From Candidatus Nanohalobium sp. (GTDB lineage: Archaea > Nanohalarchaeota > Nanosalinia > Nanosalinales > Nanosalinaceae): DNA of 38,240 bases. The notes below the pieces were generated by a model. It saw only the letters and a list, made by a program, of their open reading frames with translations, did not search any database and had not been told where the DNA came from. The stretch is taken from the NCBI GenBank assembly GCA_042216335.1, contig JBDGTY010000057.1, positions 1 through 38,240 of the forward strand. The letters run 5' to 3'. Within the stretch, counting starts at the first letter, position 1, and each line of letters begins with the position of its first letter. The position numbers and the translations under genes are program-made. Positions 34,516-38,240 of the stretch are shown piece by piece.

Positions 34516-35147
34516 TCCTCGGGCATTATCTCATCCATCTTCTCACTTGAGACCCCTGTCGTCACCAGCAGTTTGAACGCTTTCTTCACGCTCATGTCAA
34601 GTTCGTGGAGCTTTCCCCGCGGCATCATGGCAGTGACTCCTGCCGTTGGGGTCGGACTGTTAGGGAGGTAGACGTTGACAAGTTTCTCTCCCGCCGCTTC
34701 CTCTATCTCGTCGCTGCTCTCCGATGTTATGAAGCCTATCCGGTAGATGTCTTCCGAAGGATATTCTGCCAGAACCGCTTTCCTGTAGCTGGACTGGTTC
34801 TCGGCCAGGGAGTTCGCCAGGTGCTTGATGCCGTGGTACAGGGAGCGGTAGACAGGCACGATGTTCACGATCTTCCCAAAACCTCCCAGCGTCTTCCTCC
34901 CTGTCCTGGACCTGGAAAACTTTCCGATCACAGCCACGGCACCGGCCATGACCAGCAGAACAAGTACCTGGGCCGCGACCCGCAGCCTGAAAGTCAGAGA
35001 AGAAAGATCGAAGTAGTCGATGAACAGCCCCGTCAAACCCGAAGTCCATCCCAGCAGGAAGCTGATGATGACTGCGGTAGCGATTAGAGGTGTCAGAAGC
35101 ACCAAGCCGCTCAGAAAAGAATCCTTGAAGCTTTCTTTCAGTGACAT
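34503..35147 (-). CDS. DUF502 family membrane protein
   Basis: GLVLLTPL, VPVYRSLY, EYP, VYLPNSPTPTAG. Confidence 0.88.
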   Translation of the reverse strand: MSLKESFKDSFLSGLVLLTPLIATAVIISFLLGWTSGLTGLFIDYFDLSSLTFRLRVAAQVLVLLVMAGAVAVIGKFSRSRTGRKTLGGFGKIVNIVPVYRSLYHGIKHLANSLAENQSSYRKAVLAEYPSEDIYRIGFITSESSDEIEEAAGEKLVNVYLPNSPTPTAGVTAMMPRGKLHELDMSVKKAFKLLVTTGVSSEKMDEIMPEDQVS

Positions 35148-35214
35148 ATCAGTGAGGAGGGCAAATGAATGTTAACAGTGTTCCGGATAGGAGGAAGCGA
35201 GCGGCATCTGTATT

Positions 35215-36079
35215 TTATCCGTGGTTTGAGAGGTATTTGATTGCTTCGATTTCAAGTTCTGATCCTGTTATTCTGTACCTTGACTCTCTTCCACCGGTTT
35301 TTTCTATAATTTCCAGTTCTTCCAGGCCTTTGAAGAAGAGTCCGTGACTTTCCTTGAAATCTCGGGGGGCCTATTTCGTTCCTCATCGGATTCTCCGCTA
35401 TCTCGGCTAGCTCCGATACGCCTTCCGGACGGTTTAACATGCCGGAATAAGCCTTTGGCTGGGTGTTTTGAAGATGGGTTAGCCTTCGAGATAACCTGCC
35501 GATCTCCATTATTTCCTCCGTTTCCGCATCCTCTACAACATACGTTTCCTCGGGATCCCTATAGCTGGAATTCGGAGAGTTGTGGTAGTTGAAGCGTTTG
35601 TCGCCTGCTACACTTCCATGGGGATAAAACCCTGAATTCAGTGCATCGGATACCTCTCTAAGACAATCTTTCCAGAGGTCAAACGGGGCCTTGCTTTCGG
35701 CATTCTGGTAGCCGCGGGCCCGCCTGTTCGTCACATCTGCTCTTTCAGCAAGTTCCGAACCCTTGAAGCAACTCAACACATACTCCTGTACCTCATCTTC
35801 AACATCAGCTCTTTCACCCCAGCTATCATTCACATTCTCCAGGTACTTATCCTGATTTAGATCAACCCATGGTTCAGATAGATTAAAGACAGATATAACT
35901 CTCTCAGCAGTCTCAACATCTATACTGCTTCTTTCTCCCTCTCTATGGTCGTTCAGAGTTTGATGGCTTATTTCAACTGCCTGCATCAGGTCTTGATCGC
36001 TCCTAAAGTAATAAGAAAGTCCTTCGAACGCCTTCCGCCAGTTATTTGAATCAATCTCAACGACCAAACCCTGTGACAT
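35215..36079 (-). pseudogene. Hypothetical (HTH-like) gene with one extra base in a C6 run at 35364-35369
   Basis: Removing one C converts a basic tail into RDFKESHGLFFKGLEELEIIEKTGGRESRYRI...* ending at 35215. Confidence 0.6.
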
Positions 36080-36155
36080 ACAACATCTTTACCACTTAAA
36101 GATAAAAACACTCTACTGGCTTTACTTTTTCACTTTCACCTACAAACCAGATTGT

Positions 36156-36601
36156 ATGAAACTGACAAGCCCGGAGTTCGAAGACGGCGAATTCATGCCG
36201 GAAAAGTACGGAGCGACCAGGGAAAACGTCAACCCTCCACTGAAAATCGAAGAAGTACCGGAGGAAGCCGAGTCGCTGGTCTGATCTTCGAGGATCCTGA
36301 CGCCGAGGAGATGGCGGGCAAGACCTGGGAGCACTGGACGGTCTGGAACATAGACCCGGAAACAGAGACGATCAAGGAGGACAGTTCTCCCGGAATTGAG
36401 GGAATGACGGACTTCAGGGAGACAGGTTACAACGGGCCGAACCCGCCGGACGGTGAACACACTCTGTACTTCAGGCTTTACGCACTGGATACCGAACTTG
36501 ATCTGAATGAGGAATCACGGAGAGATGATGTGAAGGAAGCGATGGAAGGTCGCGTAATTGAAGAAGCAGAACTCTCCTGTAAATTTGAAAGGCTCTCCTA
36601 G
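36156..36601 (+). pseudogene. YbhB/YbcL (PEBP) family gene with 1-nt deletion near 36281
   Basis: MKLTSPEFEDGEFMPEKYG...NVNPPL...ESLV then shifted LIFEDPDA...WEHW...YNGPNPPDGEH..YFRLYALD. Confidence 0.85.
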
Positions 36602-37335
36602 TTTTCCTCTATTTTCTCAGATATCTTTTTCGCGCCTTCCGTCAGTCGTGGCCCTGGCCGGTTCAGCAGGTTGTCGTTTATCACGTAGACGTCTCCGTTC
36701 TTCACCGCAGTGATGTCCTGCCAGTCCTCTCTTTCCAGTATCTGTTCTGGACTCAGGTTTTCCCCCGCTCCGCAAACGTTCATGAAGATGTACTCGGGGT
36801 CGAACTCCTTCAACTTTTCCAGATCAAACTCTCTGCTTCTCTCACCTTCTTCCAGAAAATACTCGCCGCCGATCTTTTCGATCAGTCCGGGTATCCAGTT
36901 GCCGGAGGCCATCGGCGGGTCCATCCATTCCTCGCAGTAGATCCGCGGCGAACCTTCAAGAGAAATGTTTGCCAGTTCCTCCTTCAACTCTTTGACAAGT
37001 TCTTCGGCCTCTTCCTCCTTGCCGGCCGCTTCGCCGATTTCCCGGAAGCTTTCGTATACTTCTTCAAGTGTGTGGGGATTCACCTGTAGTACGGGGTAGC
37101 CGTCGCCCTGTAGATCTTCTACTGCGTCGTCCTGGAGGTCGTCGGAGGCGATTATCAGGTCCGGTGTGAACTCATGTATCCTGCTTTTCTTCGGATTGGT
37201 CCATCCACCGATACTTGGCGTTTCCAGCGCCTCCTCCGGGTAGTTGCAGAGTGAAGTGGTGGCGACTACCTGGTCCTCTGCTCCGAGCCTGTAGAGTATC
37301 TCAGTGTTGGAGGGCGCGAGCGAGATTATTTTCAC
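36598..37335 (-). CDS. BtuF-like cobalamin/Fe-siderophore-binding protein without signal peptide
   Basis: IISLAPSNTEIL, CNYP, W..ITAVKNG.V, RPGPRL. Confidence 0.85.
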   Translation of the reverse strand: MKIISLAPSNTEILYRLGAEDQVVATTSLCNYPEEALETPSIGGWTNPKKSRIHEFTPDLIIASDDLQDDAVEDLQGDGYPVLQVNPHTLEEVYESFREIGEAAGKEEEAEELVKELKEELANISLEGSPRIYCEEWMDPPMASGNWIPGLIEKIGGEYFLEEGERSREFDLEKLKEFDPEYIFMNVCGAGENLSPEQILEREDWQDITAVKNGDVYVINDNLLNRPGPRLTEGAKKISEKIEEN

Positions 37336-37365
37336 ACTTCCGTTTTCTCAGGAAGTTTTAGAAAT

Positions 37366-37593
37366 ATGAGATCTTCCTGGCCAAACTGAAGGCAGTCCCT
37401 GAGGGATCTGGGTCTGCGTTTAGGCGGTGCTTTCGATGCTTTAGGCCTGCTGTTCCTGCTGGGCTTTGTCGGGAACAGGTTTGATATTGTTTCTCTGCAG
37501 TCTCGGGGCGGTCTCCTGGGGTCGGTTATCGTGCTGGGAAAGTTCATCTTTTTCACGCTGCTTGAATATGCCGTGCTTTGGGGCGATCTCTAG
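37366..37593 (+). pseudogene. Small two-TM membrane gene with in-frame TGA at codon 8
   Basis: MRSSWPN*RQSLRDLGLRLGGAFDALGLLFLLGFVG...LLGSVIVLGKFIFFTLLEYAVLWGDL*. Confidence 0.45.
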
Positions 37594-37631
37594 TCGAAAG
37601 GGTTTTACTTTTTGTTCCACAGACTCTTTTT

Positions 37632-37961
37632 ATGGAATGTCCTTCCGAGATGAAGCAACTGCTGAAAGTGCTGTATAATCTCTCAGGTTCGGAGACGCAG
37701 GTGATGTACTACCTCTGCGACGATGAGGCCCGGGCCTCCGAGATCGCTGAAGAGCTGGGAAAGGATCGGTCGACTGTCCAGAGGTATCTCTCCAAGCTGC
37801 GTTCCACGGGGCTGGTGGAGAGGGAGAGCAAGGTCGAGGACGGCAAGAGAGGGCGTTACTATGTTTACTCCGTTCCTGATAAGCAGGAGATGAAGGAGAA
37901 GATCCGGGAGAGGATGCGGGAGTGGGAGGATGACAAGATGGAGGTTCTGGAAGACCTCTGA
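37632..37961 (+). CDS. Single-domain TrmB-like HTH regulator
   Basis: LSGSETQV...ASEIAEELGKDRSTVQRYLSKL..GLVER...GRYYVY; ATG at 37632. Confidence 0.85.
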   Translation: MECPSEMKQLLKVLYNLSGSETQVMYYLCDDEARASEIAEELGKDRSTVQRYLSKLRSTGLVERESKVEDGKRGRYYVYSVPDKQEMKEKIRERMREWEDDKMEVLEDL

Positions 37962-38001
37962 AACACAACATGTATAAATGTTCAACACTTTTACACAAAC
38001 T

Positions 38002-38240
38002 ATGACAGCAGACATCCAGGTATTCACGACACCTACATGCCCTTACTGCACGAAAATCAAGGACTGGCTGGACGAGGAAGGCTACGACTACGAAGAACAC
38101 AATGTAGCGGATGACAGAGAGAAAGCCAAGGAGATGATGCAGAAGACAGGTCAGAGAGGAGTGCCCCAGACCTTCGTAGGCGATGAGGCAGTGGTCGGCT
38201 TCCAGCCCGAAAAGATCCAGAAAGCCATCGAGGAGCAGGA
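38002..38240 (+). CDS. Glutaredoxin (NrdH/YruB-like), runs off window end
   Basis: FTTPTCPYC, GQRGVP, VVGFQ. Confidence 0.92.
   Translation, partial: MTADIQVFTTPTCPYCTKIKDWLDEEGYDYEEHNVADDREKAKEMMQKTGQRGVPQTFVGDEAVVGFQPEKIQKAIEEQ

Noticed and set aside
2150-37389. Stop-codon recoding: TGA at possible Trp positions (2150, 37387) and TAG at a Gln position (24374)
   Set aside because: TGA and TAG end many intact genes here (cdc6, polB2, hisS, ychF) and TGG is used normally; single transitions explain these cases
37332-37556. Minus-strand 74-aa basic, Pro/Arg-rich ORF
   Set aside because: Composition atypical; the opposite strand gives a more plausible membrane-protein frame
1-38240. CRISPR arrays, IS elements, rRNA, and the many antisense Ser/Leu/Phe-rich ORFs in the track
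   Set aside because: No spaced repeat array, transposase or rRNA-like sequence seen; antisense ORFs mirror acidic genes on the other strand

Overview
Archaeal chromosomal window with strongly acidic proteins, mostly leaderless genes and intron-containing tRNAs. It is most consistent with a small-genome halophilic DPANN archaeon (Nanohaloarchaea-like); the taxon is inferred from composition only. Housekeeping genes: rpl40e (missed by the ORF track), uppP, hisS, ychF, thiI, glmS, a D-lactate dehydrogenase-like gene, sod and a glutaredoxin. RNA genes: tRNA-Thr(GGT), tRNA-Leu(TAG) with a 61-nt intron, and tRNA-Trp(CCA) with a 213-nt intron. Other content: a PIN/UPF0175 toxin-antitoxin pair, a cdc6-RHH-iRadA-PPB2-polB2 locus with duplicated promoter/operator boxes, a glycine-zipper-anchored kinase-like ORF, tandem CAP and secreted paralogs, and about nine broken accessory genes. 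The most unusual signals are (1) the expanded tRNA-Trp intron, whose box C/D-like motifs run D-C-D-C (apparently circularly permuted) with a guide aimed at C34, (2) the Cdc6/RHH-linked PolB2 cassette, and (3) the atypical kinase-like protein. All calls come from motif reading by eye; no database search was run.
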